Made by a program: the position numbers and the translations under genes
In this document: positions 1 through 11,079 of the stretch, piece by piece
Layout of the letters: each line of letters starts with the position of its first letter
Numbering within the stretch: the stretch's first letter is position 1
Assembly: GCF_963921235.1 (NCBI RefSeq)
Contig: NC_086109.1
Location: 32,614,001 to 32,678,000 of the forward strand
Origin: Mobula hypostoma
Lineage: Eukaryota
Direction of reading: 5' to 3'
Length of the DNA stretch: 64,000 nucleotides
Notes under the pieces: model-generated
Told to the model about the DNA's origin: nothing
Database searches by the model: none
Seen by the model: the letters and a program-made list of their open reading frames with translations, nothing else

Positions 1-59
1 ACTCCAGCAGACTAAATTCAGGTGCTCTGCAAAGTTATCAGCCAAGCTGCATTTTGTTT

Positions 60-340
60 TTCCGCTCCAGAGGAGACCACATTGTCAACAGGAAATGCAG
101 TACTCTGGATTGAAAGAAGCACAGGTGAATCTCTGCTTCACCTGGAATGATCTGGATGGTGGGAAGGGAAGAAGTGAAAGGACAGGTGTAGCATTTCCTG
201 GCTCCCATGGGAACGTATGGTAAGGTGAGGAGTCGCTGGTGGGAACTGAAGAGCCAACAACAGAGCAGTGAAAGGAAGGGGTAGAGGAATATATGTCTGG
301 TGGGTGGAGTTTTGTTGGAGCTGGCAGGCATTGTGAAAGA
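60..340 (-). mobile_element. Decayed Penelope-like element fragment (linker/GIY-YIG region)
   Basis: Minus ORF 38..331 contains ARKCYTCPFTSSLPTIQ, matching KRNKCYTCPYISSLTTIQ of the Penelope copy at 9399-11079. Confidence 0.65.
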
Positions 341-933
341 TGTCTTGGTTAGATATTTGTTAATCCTCGTTCTTGGCGAGAAGATGCACTAGGAGCCTCT
401 TATAAATAATGGAGTAGATTTTCCACAACCCTGAGAATCTTGGCCACCTGCCTATGGATTTAACGTTTGATTTTCATTTAATAGCTAAAGAATAAGGACC
501 AAAGAAATTCAAAAAGCACTCTTCTTGAATGGCCCCACATGTACCCTTCTGCTGGGAGCTGGCTCCCAGACCCAGTGCGGCATAGGGCAACGCAGGGCTT
601 CTACTGGAGGAAGTGGCCAGCTGCGCCCACAGATGGCAATACTCTACGCGAGGCTTACTCACTGTGAAACTGAATGTTACTGTCCTTGATTCCTGAGAAA
701 CAGAGAAAAATAATGGTAGAGTGTGGTTTTGTTACTGATGGAATAAACAATCTATGGACTTTATGTTATTGTTCAACGTTTAAATGTCCTTTAAATATAG
801 AAGTATGCAATGTTACCGTGTAACTTAATGTTCACCTGAGAAAAACTGAACTTAGACTTAAAGAGTCCACTGAAGCAAAGCACTTTGGAAGTTTCTATAT
901 AAAACAGATTAACATTTTTATACTCCTCCTCAG

Positions 934-1078
934 AGGCTTTGCACTTCCGAGAAAACCTGAACTCCAACGGGTAATGGAACAAAGAAAATATAATTTATTA
1001 AGGGAACAGGAAAAAGCCCAGAGACCCAAAACAGACTTTGAACAAGAACTTAATAAGTGGCACCAGAAACTAGAGCAG
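934..1078 (+). CDS. FAM107-family (DUF1151) gene, penultimate coding exon
   Basis: Acceptor tactcctcctcag|A at 933/934 and donor CAG|gtatgt at 1078/1079. Translates (R)GFALPRKPELQRVMEQRKYNLLREQEKAQRPKTDFEQELNKWHQKLEQ, matching the FAM107A/B core as recalled (KPELQ(K/R)V(M/L)E.R ... (F/L)E.EL...QQ(K/R)L.Q). Confidence 0.88.
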
Positions 1079-2914
1079 GTATGTTTGGACCCTTTGTATC
1101 ATTTTGCTAAATTTAATATCAATAATCTAGTATCAATTATTCAAAATTTCGAGAGTAATGCATTCAAGTACAATTACTGATAAAGCACAGGTGTGCTGTA
1201 GCTACATATGTCTATACATTTATAGAGATTTGGTAAAAAATTGGCAGCATTCCCAACCACACAGTAAAATAAATGTGTTTCTCAAGTGTATGCTTAACCA
1301 TCTGAATCTTTCACTAAGCAATTATTAAATAATCAAAGGAAATCTATTTGCATGTGTATTGCATTGCTTTTTACCAACAAGCGTACAAAATAAACACAAA
1401 GAAACAAGTTTCCACTTGTTTCCATAGTATTAATACCATTTAATGGAAGTGTCCAAATCAACAACAACAATCATTCAATCTCAGTGAACTGCAACAAAGA
1501 TTTCTTCAAGCTCATGTTTTGTGTGTCCATTTAACATTGGCCCTTTATTACTCTTCCCTACATTTTAATCCCTTGATCCCAGGCTTGCCATATTCAAAGG
1601 GGCAATCTACGTTTAGATTGATAATAATCTGCCCTGTATTAAATCTGTATTCGGCAAAAATATTTCTATGCATACAGGAAGATCAAGAATTGCCGAGGGC
1701 CTGCAAATGTAAATGAGTGGTTCTAATTATTTTTGTCAACAACTGGGTGGTGGGGGTTGGGAGAGGAAGGGTGGAGTAAAGTTCTAAGAAAACTGTCTTT
1801 TATTTTTGAAATGTTGTATGTCAATGATCCGCCCCTCACAAAATGGATGCCCCAGACCAAAATCATGGGATATAGCAGTTGTACTGAACCAGGAAGGCTC
1901 CTCAAATTCAATTCATTTTCTTTGCCATGTGAAGTTACTGTTAAGAAAAGTAATTCTGTAGAAATCTGAGATGCAGTGATAATCTAATATATATAATGTG
2001 TGCCCAAAATGAAAACCTTACCTCTGATTTTTGTATTAAGCTTTAAAATAATGTCTCCAATAGCAGGGCTTACTTTTTTTTATTAAGAGAACTGCTCTGG
2101 AGAGATCAGGATTCCCAAGGAACCAAACATGCCCAGTACCTAGTACATTGAGCAATCCAATTAACAAGGTACCTTTTGATTAAACGCTCTTTTTATAAAT
2201 GCGTAATTTTCATACATCTTCTGTACTGTTCACCAAACCATGATCTGAGATCATCATAAAAGCATTGAATCTACTCTACCATTCAAGTCATCTCTTTTTT
2301 TCTCAAGTTCTTATTTTAATTTTCATATTTCATGTATTCTCCCAAAATAGGCAAAGGCTATTTGGCTTATGTGATCTGTATCAGCTCTCAGCCCAGATCC
2401 ATTCAAACTATTCTCCCTGTAAATTGGTCTGCATTCTTTGGGTGCTTTTCGCACACCTCTCCGAGAAGGCTTGAACTATGTTCATCCTGCCTTCACCTGC
2501 TTTACTTTTCAGCCAAATCCAAATAACCTTTCACACCCACCTGTATTTAGGAGCATTGACTAGGAAATTGGAACATAGCCGCAACATTCTGGCACTTGGC
2601 TGGACAGTTCAGAGTTCAGAGTTGAGGGCTGAGAGTCAAAAATCATTTTCTGGCATTCCTTGCACTAGTACTTGCTTGGGAGATCAGCAGAAAGTGTTCA
2701 GGTGAGCTTTATTCTATTCAGAAAGATGTGAAGATGTGGATATCAGAGCTCTTTATTTGTTAAGGACAATTGAGCAGGCAATGGGGGACAGTGAATTGTA
2801 GTGAGTTGAGGTTGAAGACAGTGAGTCATGGGAATGGAAAAGGGAGGCGGTGGAATTGTAGAAAGATCTGTGCTCCAGGTAGAGGTGTGGGGATTGAAAG
2901 AAGAAGAAGAAATT

Positions 2915-3125
2915 GAAATTGGTTCATTATCGTCACAAGTACCAAGATATTGCACACCATACATACAGATCAATTCATTACAATAGTGCAGTGAGGTAGT
3001 ACAAAGGAAAACAGTAACAGAATGCAGAATATTGTGGTACAGTTACAGAGAAAGTGCAGTGCAGGTAGACAATAAGATTTAAGGTTATGATATGATAGGT
3101 GGTGATATCAAAAGTCCACTTTTAA
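2915..3125 (-). mobile_element. Rex1/Babar-type LINE 3' UTR remnant
   Basis: Similar to the segment at ~41880-42020 (ttattgtcac..gtaccaag..catacagatca..gaggtagtacaa..aacagaatgcagaat); tail-like gaaattgaaatt at the left end. Confidence 0.45.
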
Positions 3126-3359
3126 GCTCTTTTCTTCGCTCTGGTGATGAACAGGTCTTTTAATGTCTGTAGCGGACAGCCAAAGATTTTCTCTGCTATA
3201 CAAGAAGTCAATTTTAAGGGTGAAAAAAAAACATTTCTGATTGAGGTTAGAGTTCGAATTGGATGCATGTCAGCTCTGGCAGTGTTTGTAGGCCATTACT
3301 TCCTACAAAGCGAAACCTAACATCATGAGTGTCTGTGATGCTTCACTCCCAGATGACGA

Positions 3360-4825
3360 CTCATCCCTCGTAAGACGTCAAACCCTGCTGGTGTACCTGG
3401 TGTGGCTCTGAAAACCTGTGCCAACCAACTGACGGGAGTGTTCGAGGGCATCTTCAATCTCTCACTGCTGCAGTCGGGGATTCCCATCTGTTTCATATCA
3501 GTGTCCAAGAAGAGCATGGTGAGCTGCCTTAATGACTATCACCCAGTGGCACTCACATCTATTGTGATGAAGTGCTCTAAGAGGTTGATCATGGCCAGAA
3601 TCATCATCTCCTGCAAGGATCTGCTGCAATTTGCCTATTGTCAAGTAGGTCTACAGCAGATGCAATCTTACTGGCTCTTCCCTTGGATCACCTGGCCAAT
3701 ACCAATACCTGCGTCCGTCTGCTGCTTATTGACTGCAGCTTAGCATTCAATGCAATCATGCACTCAGCTCTAATCAACAAGCTCCTAAACCTGGGCCTCT
3801 GTACCTGCCTCTGCAAATGGATTCTGTGGTCTCCTCACCAGGAGACCACAGTCCAAGCGGATCATAAGTAACATCTCCTCCTCGCTGACAATCAACACTG
3901 GCATACCTCATGGATCTGTGATTAGCCCACTGCTCTACTCTCTCTACACCCACGGTTGTGTGGCTAGGCACAGCTCATCCATCATCTATAAATCTGCTGA
4001 CAACACAACTACTGTTGGCAAAATTTAAGATGGTGATGAAGAGGTGTGCAGGAACAAGATAGAAGAGCTAGTTGAGTGATGTGGCGGGAACAACCTTGTC
4101 CTTAATGTTACTAAGACGAAGGAATTGATTGTGGATTTCAGGAGAGGGAAGTCGAGGGAGCTCACACCAGTCTTCAGTGGGAGATCAGATGTGAAAAGGG
4201 TGAACAGTTTTAAGTTTCTGGATGTTAACGTCTCTGAGGAGCTATCCTTGGCCTAACATATTCAGACAATTAAGGAAGGCACAACAGTGGCTATATTTCA
4301 TTAAGAGTTTGAGGAGAATTGGTATGTCACTAAAGTCACTCACAAATTTCTTTAGGTGTACCATGGAGAGCATTCTAACTGGTTGCATCAGTGTCTTGTA
4401 AGGGTTGGGAGGGGGGTGTCACTGCACAGGATCAGAAAAACCTGCAGAAAGTTGTAAACTCTGCCAGCTCCATCATGAACTACATCTTCAAGGAGCAATG
4501 CCTCAGAAAGGCGGCATCCATTATTAAGGACCCCCATCACCGAGGGCATGCCCTCTTCTTATTGCTCCCATCAAAGAGGGGACACAGGAGCTTGAAGACA
4601 CACAGTCAACATTCTAGAAACAGCTTCTTCCCCTCTGACATCAGATTTCTGAATGGATAATGAACCTATGGACACTTCCCCAGTATTTTTCCCTCTCTTT
4701 TTGCACTATTTATTTTGATTTATAGTTTTTAATATTATGTATTGCCATGTACTGCCAATGCAAAACAACAAATTTCACAACATATTCCACTGATGTTAAG
4801 TCTGATTCTGATTTTGATTCAGATT
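3360..4825 (+). mobile_element. Decayed Rex1/Babar-clade LINE (5'-truncated), intronic
   Basis: Frameshifted RT pieces LKTCANQLTGVFEGIFNLSL, CLNDYHPVALTSIVMKC, AASIIKDPHHRGHALFLLLPS, RNSFFPS; ends in a (CTGATT)n-like tail at ~4802-4825. Confidence 0.85.
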
Positions 4826-5368
4826 CAGTGGAAGTCTTATCGATGAAGCCCTCAGCTTCTAACAATTTGCAAATGCGCATCACGCTCCAGATTATAGCAA
4901 GTCCGGAGACCTAACTCTTAAACAGTTGCACCTCTCTTCAAATCCCACCTCCTTCTAAAGGAAACAAGCTGCACTTAATGCCTCCATGACTGGCCTTCTG
5001 AAGCACTTCATGATGATGGATGTTAATAGTTATTAAGGCATATTACTTTGTTTCTCTTAGTTACCGCCGTGATAGCTGTCTTCTTAAAGCAGATAGGAAC
5101 CATGGATTGAAGCAGGGGGAGGTGAAAAATGTCTGCAGAGTACCCTACCTACTAATCTCTGTAAATTGCCGCACAGGGAGCAGTTTGTGGTAAAACCAAG
5201 CCTTTCATTGGCCAGAGATGCGCTGATTGCTTGTTGCTGATCTTGAACTGAACACAAAACTTTGCATTTTGGTTCCACAGTAGAAACGTGGTGGAGGCTT
5301 GGCATTCATATGCAAATTCAGAGAGTCATTTCCTCTGGAAGGTTCTGCTTAAAAATCACCTGGATTTA

Positions 5369-6306
5369 GGCTACGTCCACAGTAGACCGGATAAACCGTA
5401 ACCGAAGCTTTTTCTCTTCGTTTTGACCCTCCGTCCACACTGAAACAGTGTTTTCCTCCCCTGAAAACGGAGCTTTTCTAAAACACTCTCCAGAGTGTTG
5501 AAATCTGAAAACGCTGGTTGGCCATTGTAGTGTGTACAGGGTAAATGGCTAATTTTAAAAACGCTGTCATGACGTGCCGGAACAAATGTTGGCGGCAGCG
5601 CGGCATTTCATTGTTTTCTTGAACGCACCCAACACCACAACAACAATATCTGACAATAGATGTGTAACAGCCTAATGTAACGTTGTATGGAAATACAAGA
5701 TAACACTGATGCAGACATGTTTTATACACTTAACATGGTGCTTTATTAATGTATTGTTTGTGCAAACATTCAGTAGATGCAATTGTCACTTTTGCCCAGT
5801 AACTCGTTTTATTGCACATGTTAAATACAGCAAAATAATACTCAAAGACATGGCAAAAGTAAAGGCAAACAAATGAGGTATCAGCAAATTTCACTTTTGC
5901 CCAGTAACAAGCCTTATTGCATTTAGTTGTAGTTGTCGTCCCTTTCATCAGTGAAGAGACTGTGGCTGTAGGAAATGTTTCTGGACAAACGCGAACCAAG
6001 TCTTTCGTTTGGCAATTTTTAAAATGTTTTTCTAGTCTGTAACTGGACAAACGCGCACCAAGTCTTTCGTTTGGCAATTTCCTTTTAAATTTTTCTAGTC
6101 TGTAACTGGACAAACGTGCACCAAGTATACCATTTCCTCCTCGCTTGTTTTCTGTGTGTCCTGTGCATACCCAGTAGGAGGAGATTCGCCCAAGTACCCA
6201 TTTTAAAGTGGATAGAGGTATTTTCAAAAACGCCTGGTGTGGACGCCTATCGTTTTTACGCGAAACCAGCGTTTTCAAAATGATCCGGTCTAGTGTGAAC
6301 GTAGCC
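5369..6306. mobile_element. Non-autonomous PIF/Harbinger-type DNA transposon (MITE)
   Basis: TIRs GGCTACGTCCACAGTAGACCGGAT / ATCCGGTCTAGTGTGAACGTAGCC; 3-bp TSD TTA at 5366-5368 and 6307-6309; internal ~62-bp tandem duplication at ~5981-6125. Confidence 0.85.
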
Positions 6307-6314
6307 TTATTCTG

Positions 6315-6424
6315 AAACAAGAGAAAATCTGCAGATGCTGGAAATCCAAGCAACACACTCCTTTCCATAAATGCTGCCTGGCCTGCTGAGTTCCTCCAGC
6401 ATCTTGTGTCTGTTACCTGGATTT
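6315..6424. mobile_element. Penelope terminal-repeat fragments in inverted arrangement
   Basis: aaatctgcagatgctggaaatccaagcaacacac followed by the opposite-strand piece atgctgcctggcctgctgagttcctccagca; same repeat as the flank of 9399-11079. Confidence 0.6.
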
Positions 6425-6965
6425 ATTGATCTATCTGCAGTGTGTTGGTCGAACTAATCTGTAAAATATTTTTCTATGCTTATACAATAACAATCAGTAT
6501 TTATATTTCATGTTTAAGGTGGAAAATTATCTGAAAATATTTTGTAGAAATAACTTACCAAAATGAGAGGTAGCGACAATCAGAACAATATTTGGTTACA
6601 GTGACACAAAGGAAATTAAAGAGAAGGAGGGGATTCTAAGCCAGTTGATGAAGACAAGAAGTCTTTAGGGAAATCCAGCAATTTGAGAAGTTGGGTGACC
6701 TGACGGAGATTTATATGAAGAAATCAGGAAAAGTTTTGTAGACATGAATGAGAATAGCAATGCTTGAGTCAAAGTGCACTCAAACGACAGGTGAACAGAT
6801 TTCGATCAGAGTTAGGTTAAGCTCAGCAAGAATTTTAGTTGTTCAGCTTTACAGAGAGGTTATTGTAACTTATGTAAAGTAGTATGTTTAAACTGTTTAA
6901 ATTTTATATTTATCTTACTATGGAATCACATTACTTCTGAAAATTACTTCACTTTTCATTGACAG

Positions 6966-7073
6966 TATGAACAGGAACAACAAAGGTTGGAAGAACATGA
7001 AAATGTCCCAGAGTTTGTCAAGATCAAAGAAACTTTGAGGACAACAAAGAAAGCAGCTACAGTGAATGGCTAG
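6966..7073 (+). CDS. FAM107-family gene, terminal coding exon
   Basis: Acceptor ttttcattgacag|TAT, phase 0, compatible with the 1078 donor. Translates YEQEQQRLEEHENVPEFVKIKETLRTTKKAATVNG*, containing the FAM107 C-terminal motif E..PEF(V/I)K(V/I)...L. Confidence 0.88.
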   Translation, partial: YEQEQQRLEEHENVPEFVKIKETLRTTKKAATVNG

Positions 7074-7087
7074 ATTAACTAGTCGAG

Positions 7088-7093
7088 AATAAA
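7088..7093 (+). terminator. Candidate polyadenylation signal of the FAM107-family gene
   Basis: AATAAA 15 nt after the stop codon; more distal signals may be used instead. Confidence 0.3.
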
Positions 7094-7529
7094 ATAGTGA
7101 TTAACTTACGCTGTGCCTCTTGGTATCCTAGCCCATGAAGTGATGGGAAAGATGGAACTTGTAGCTTTCAACAATGAACTGAATTATTTCTGGTAAAATT
7201 TGGCTCATTTTTCACTTAAAGCACAACAGTTCTCAAATCTGAGCAATGATTTTTATCGTATTATCAGTGGGTCATTTCACTCATTTGGTTATTCTCAGTT
7301 TTGGAAACATCTGTTTGTCCACAGTAGCCGATTACTTTGTATTTTCTTTTGGTCATTTTAAACAGGTATGAACCAAGTTCCTCTAAAGATGTAATCTACT
7401 ATGGTCAGAAATTACTGATATTAAACAATTGTATGTCATATTGTCTACAGTATAGCTAATTACAAAGATAGTTTACTGAATGAAATGGTTTACAAAGTGT
7501 GTTTATTGGAACAACATTAGCTTTGTTAG

Positions 7530-8345
7530 CATTGTGGACTTCAGGACGGAGCAGACGAACCATCCTCCTCTGTGAATACATGGCTCCTCCATAGCGAGAG
7601 TTAAGTACACCAAGTTCCTGGGAGTTCACATCATGGATGACCTCCCCTGATCCCTCAATATCACCTCCCTGAACAAGAAGGCATAGCAGTGCCTCCACTT
7701 CCTAAGAAAGTTGAGGCAAGCAAGGCTCCCTCCCATCTTAACCGTGTTTTACAGGAGCACTATTGAGAGTATCCTGATAAGTTGCATCTCCATCTGTAAT
7801 GGGAACAGTTGAACATTGGACCAAACGTCCCCACAAAGGACTGTGAGAACAGATGAGAAGTTCATAGGGGTCCTCTCTGCCATCCACCAAGGACATTTAT
7901 CAGGAACACTGCATACACAAGGCCCTTGCTATTATTAAGGATCCCACTCATCCATCCAGCATCACCTTTGACTTTCTACCATCAGGCAAGAGACTACAAT
8001 GCATAACAATAAGAATGGTCGGGATGAGAAACAGTTCCTTCACCCCAGGCTATTAGGCTTCTGAACTCCCTGCTGCATCACTTTCAAAGTGTCACTGGTT
8101 AATCTGTTCCATACTTTCCAACATTTAATACTAATGCACTTTAGTTTGTTATTTATGTGTAATTCATCTGTAGATTTTGTCCTTACCTTCATGAGTTATC
8201 ATGTTTCATGTGTGTTATGTGTACTTCTTTGCTTTACTCCCTGGTTCAGAGAAATGTTGTCTTTTTTCTATATACATTATATGGTTATAGGTATACATTA
8301 TATACATGTATATAGTTAAATGACAATAAACTTGACTTTGAGCAA
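7530..8345 (+). mobile_element. Decayed Rex1/Babar LINE 3' portion
   Basis: Degenerate KFLG, YRSTIESIL and IIKDPTHP coding remnants; ends caataaacttgactttga. Confidence 0.75.
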
Positions 8346-8813
8346 GTCAAAAATAAATAATTAACGTTTTGTACACTTCCTTTAACAAATCAAAATAGTT
8401 CACTTTATTAGATTCTTTTCAGTGTCTTGCATTCCAGCTACATGAGAATTACATTAAGGACAAACAGGTGAAGAGCTGGCAGAAATAATAGTATACTAGA
8501 AATGTAGAATTGACAGGAAAAAGAATGTCTCTTCTGAAAAGGTATTTACGTACAATATAAATATACTAGTTTCAATTTAGCATTTAGTGAAACACAACAA
8601 TTGACTCAGTTGAATGATAGTACTATCCAGTGGATTCTGGCTAATTGAGCCATTGGTTAATTGGGGAAGCCACTTATTTGGGACAATTCTTAAAGAACAA
8701 AAACTATTCAAGAAAATAGCCGGGATTCCCTTCACTTATTTGGGATACTATGCCATTTAATTGGGACAGGAGACTGTTGCTGAACAGTTCCTAACTAGCG
8801 TCAGTCACATGCA

Positions 8814-8898
8814 AACAACAGGAATACTGCAGATGCTGGAAATTCAAGCACCACACATCAAAGTTGCTGGTTCACCAGCAACTTTGATGTGTGTTGCA
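8814..8898. mobile_element. 85-bp fold-back insertion derived from the Penelope terminal repeat
   Basis: Flanked by the 13-bp direct repeat TCAGTCACATGCA (8801-8813 / 8899-8911); contains a 19-bp perfect stem cacacatcaaagttgctgg-TTCA-ccagcaactttgatgtgtg. Confidence 0.8.
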
Positions 8899-9398
8899 TC
8901 AGTCACATGCACTTGTGTTAGCCGTTAGACGCTACACCGTGCTTAGAGCAAACAGTTTTTAAATAGCATCAGTTGCATGTGTTTGTGTTCAAAAAGCAAC
9001 GATCTTTGTCACTGACAGTTGGCAAAAAAACAAGCAGTAAGACAATTCAGAACTGCTCATTGCAGTTTCAAGCATTCAGGCTTGGAGAAGCCAGAAATGG
9101 CTGGATTGAAAATGGAACAATTCCACTACTTCAACAAGTTAGGTACTGCGAAGAAATTGAAGGTATCAACAATCATCTTGAACGTTGCAATGAAGATTTG
9201 AAGGGTGCAATCATCAAAAACATTGTATGAAAGAGGTCTGCACCGATTTTGTTCATTTGCGGTCAATTAAAAGAACAAAGCAACGTTCACTGGATGAATT
9301 CCTCCATCGATAAGTATTGGGAACTAAAATAAAATTTTATAGTACTGTAATAGTATTTGCAGTGTTGTAATTTCTTTAAGTATATAATTTATTACTCT

Positions 9399-11079
9399 CA
9401 AGCAACACACATCAAAGTTGCTGGTGAACGCAGCAAGCCAGGCAGCATCTGTAGGAAGAGGTGCAGTCGACGTTTCAGGCCGAGACCCTTCGTCAGAACT
9501 AACTGAAGGAAGAGTGAGTAAGAGATTTGAAAGTTGGAGGGGGAGGGGGAGATCCAAAATGATAGGAGAAGACAGGAGAGGGAGGGATAGAGCCGAGAGC
9601 TGGACAGGTGATTGGCGGAAGGGATACGAGAGGATCATGGGACAGGAGGTCCGGGAAGAAAGACAAGCGGGGGAGGACCCAGAGGATGGGCAAGTGGTAT
9701 ATTCAGAGGGACAGAGGGAGAAAAAGGAGAGTGAGAGAAAGAATGTGTGCATAAAAATAAGTAACAGATGGGGTACAAGGGGGAGGTGGGGCCTTAGCGG
9801 GTTAGAGAAGTCGATGTTCATGCCATCAGGTTGGAGGCTACCCAGACGGAATATAAGGTGTTGTTCCTCCAACCTGAGTGTGGCTTCATCTTTACAGTAG
9901 AGGAGGCCGTGGATAGACATGTCAGAATGGGAATGGGATGTGGAATTAAAATGTGTGGCCACTGGGAGATCCTGCTTTCTCTGGCGGACAGAGCGTAGAT
10001 GTTCAGCAAAGCGGTCTCCCAGTCTGCGTCGGATCTCGCCAATATATAAAAGGCCACATCGGGAGCACCGGACGCAGTATATCACCCCAGTCGACTCACA
10101 GGTGAAGTGTTGCCTCACCTGGAAGGACTGTTTGGGGCCCTGAATGGTGGTAAGGGAGGAAATGTAAGGGCATGTGTAGCACTTGTTCCGCTTATACGGA
10201 TAAGTGCCAGGAGGGAGATCAGTGGGGAGGGATGGGGGGGCGAATGGACAAGGGAGTTGCATAGGGAGTGATCCCTGCGGAATGCAGAGAGAGGGGGGGA
10301 GGGAAAGATGTGCTTAGTGGTGGGATCCCTTTGGAGGTGGCGGAAGTTACCGAGAATAATATGTTGGACCTGGAGGCTGGTGGGGTGGTAGGTGAGGACC
10401 AGGGGAAACTTATTCCTAGTGGGGTGGCGGGAGGATGGAGTGAGAGCAGATGTACGTGAAATGGGGGAGATGCGTTTAAGAGCAGAGTTGATAGTGGAGG
10501 AAGGGAAGCCCCTTTCTTTAAAAAATGAAGACATCTCCCTCGTCCTAGAATGAAAAGCCTCATCCTGAGAGCAGATGCGGCGGAGATGGAGGAATTGCGA
10601 GAAGGGGATGGCGTTTTTGCAAGAGATAAGGTGAGAAGAGGAATAGTCCAGATAGCTGTGAGAGTCAGTAGGCTTATAGTAGACATCAGTGGATAAGCTA
10701 TCTCCAGAGACAGAGACAGAAAGATCTAGAAAGGGGAGGGAGGTGTCGGAAATGGACCAGGTAAACTTGAGGACAGGGTGAAAGTTGGAGGCAAAGTTAA
10801 TAAAGTCAACGAGTTCTGCATGCGTGCAGGAAGCAGCGCCAATGCAGTCGTCGATGTAGCGAAGGAAAAGTGGGGCACAGACACCAGAATAGGCACGGAA
10901 CATAGATTGTTCCACAAATCTAACAAAAAGGCAGGCATAGCTAGGACCCATACGGGTGCCCATAGCTACACCTTTAGTTTGGAGGAAGTGGGAGGAGCCA
11001 AAGGAGAAATTATTAAGAGTAAGGACTAATTCCGCTAGACGGAGCAGAGTGGTGGTAGAGGGGAACTGATTAGGTCTGG
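9399..11079 (-). mobile_element. Penelope-like retroelement (probably Neptune-type), 5'-truncated: RT + Cys linker + GIY-YIG endonuclease + 3' repeat
   Basis: RT motifs QTKGVAMGTRMGPSYACLF and RYIDD (ORF 10115..11140); GIY-YIG GVIYCVRC..GLLYIGEIRRRLGDRFAEH (ORF 9324..10262); frameshift at ~10240; near-TSD AATTTATTA(C/T)TCT at 9386-9398 / 11080-11092. Confidence 0.93.
9465..9500 (-). ncRNA. Minimal type I hammerhead ribozyme in the Penelope 3' repeat, intact core
   Basis: Minus strand reads AGUU-CUGACGA-AGG(GUCUCGG)CCU-GAA-ACGU-C-GACU: CUGANGA and GAAA boxes, stem I AGUU/GACU, stem II AGG/CCU, palindromic ACGU stem III, GUC cleavage triplet. Confidence 0.8.

Noticed and set aside
974..1180. 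68-aa standalone ORF
   Set aside because: It is an internal exon read through its splice donor at 1079 into intron
5730..6368. 212-aa minus-strand ORF as a gene or transposase
   Set aside because: No recognisable domain; it spans a MITE and its internal duplication
9324..9800. Long C-terminal extension of the GIY-YIG ORF
   Set aside because: Read-through into the pyrimidine-rich 3' repeat after MNIDFSN; low-complexity and not protein-like
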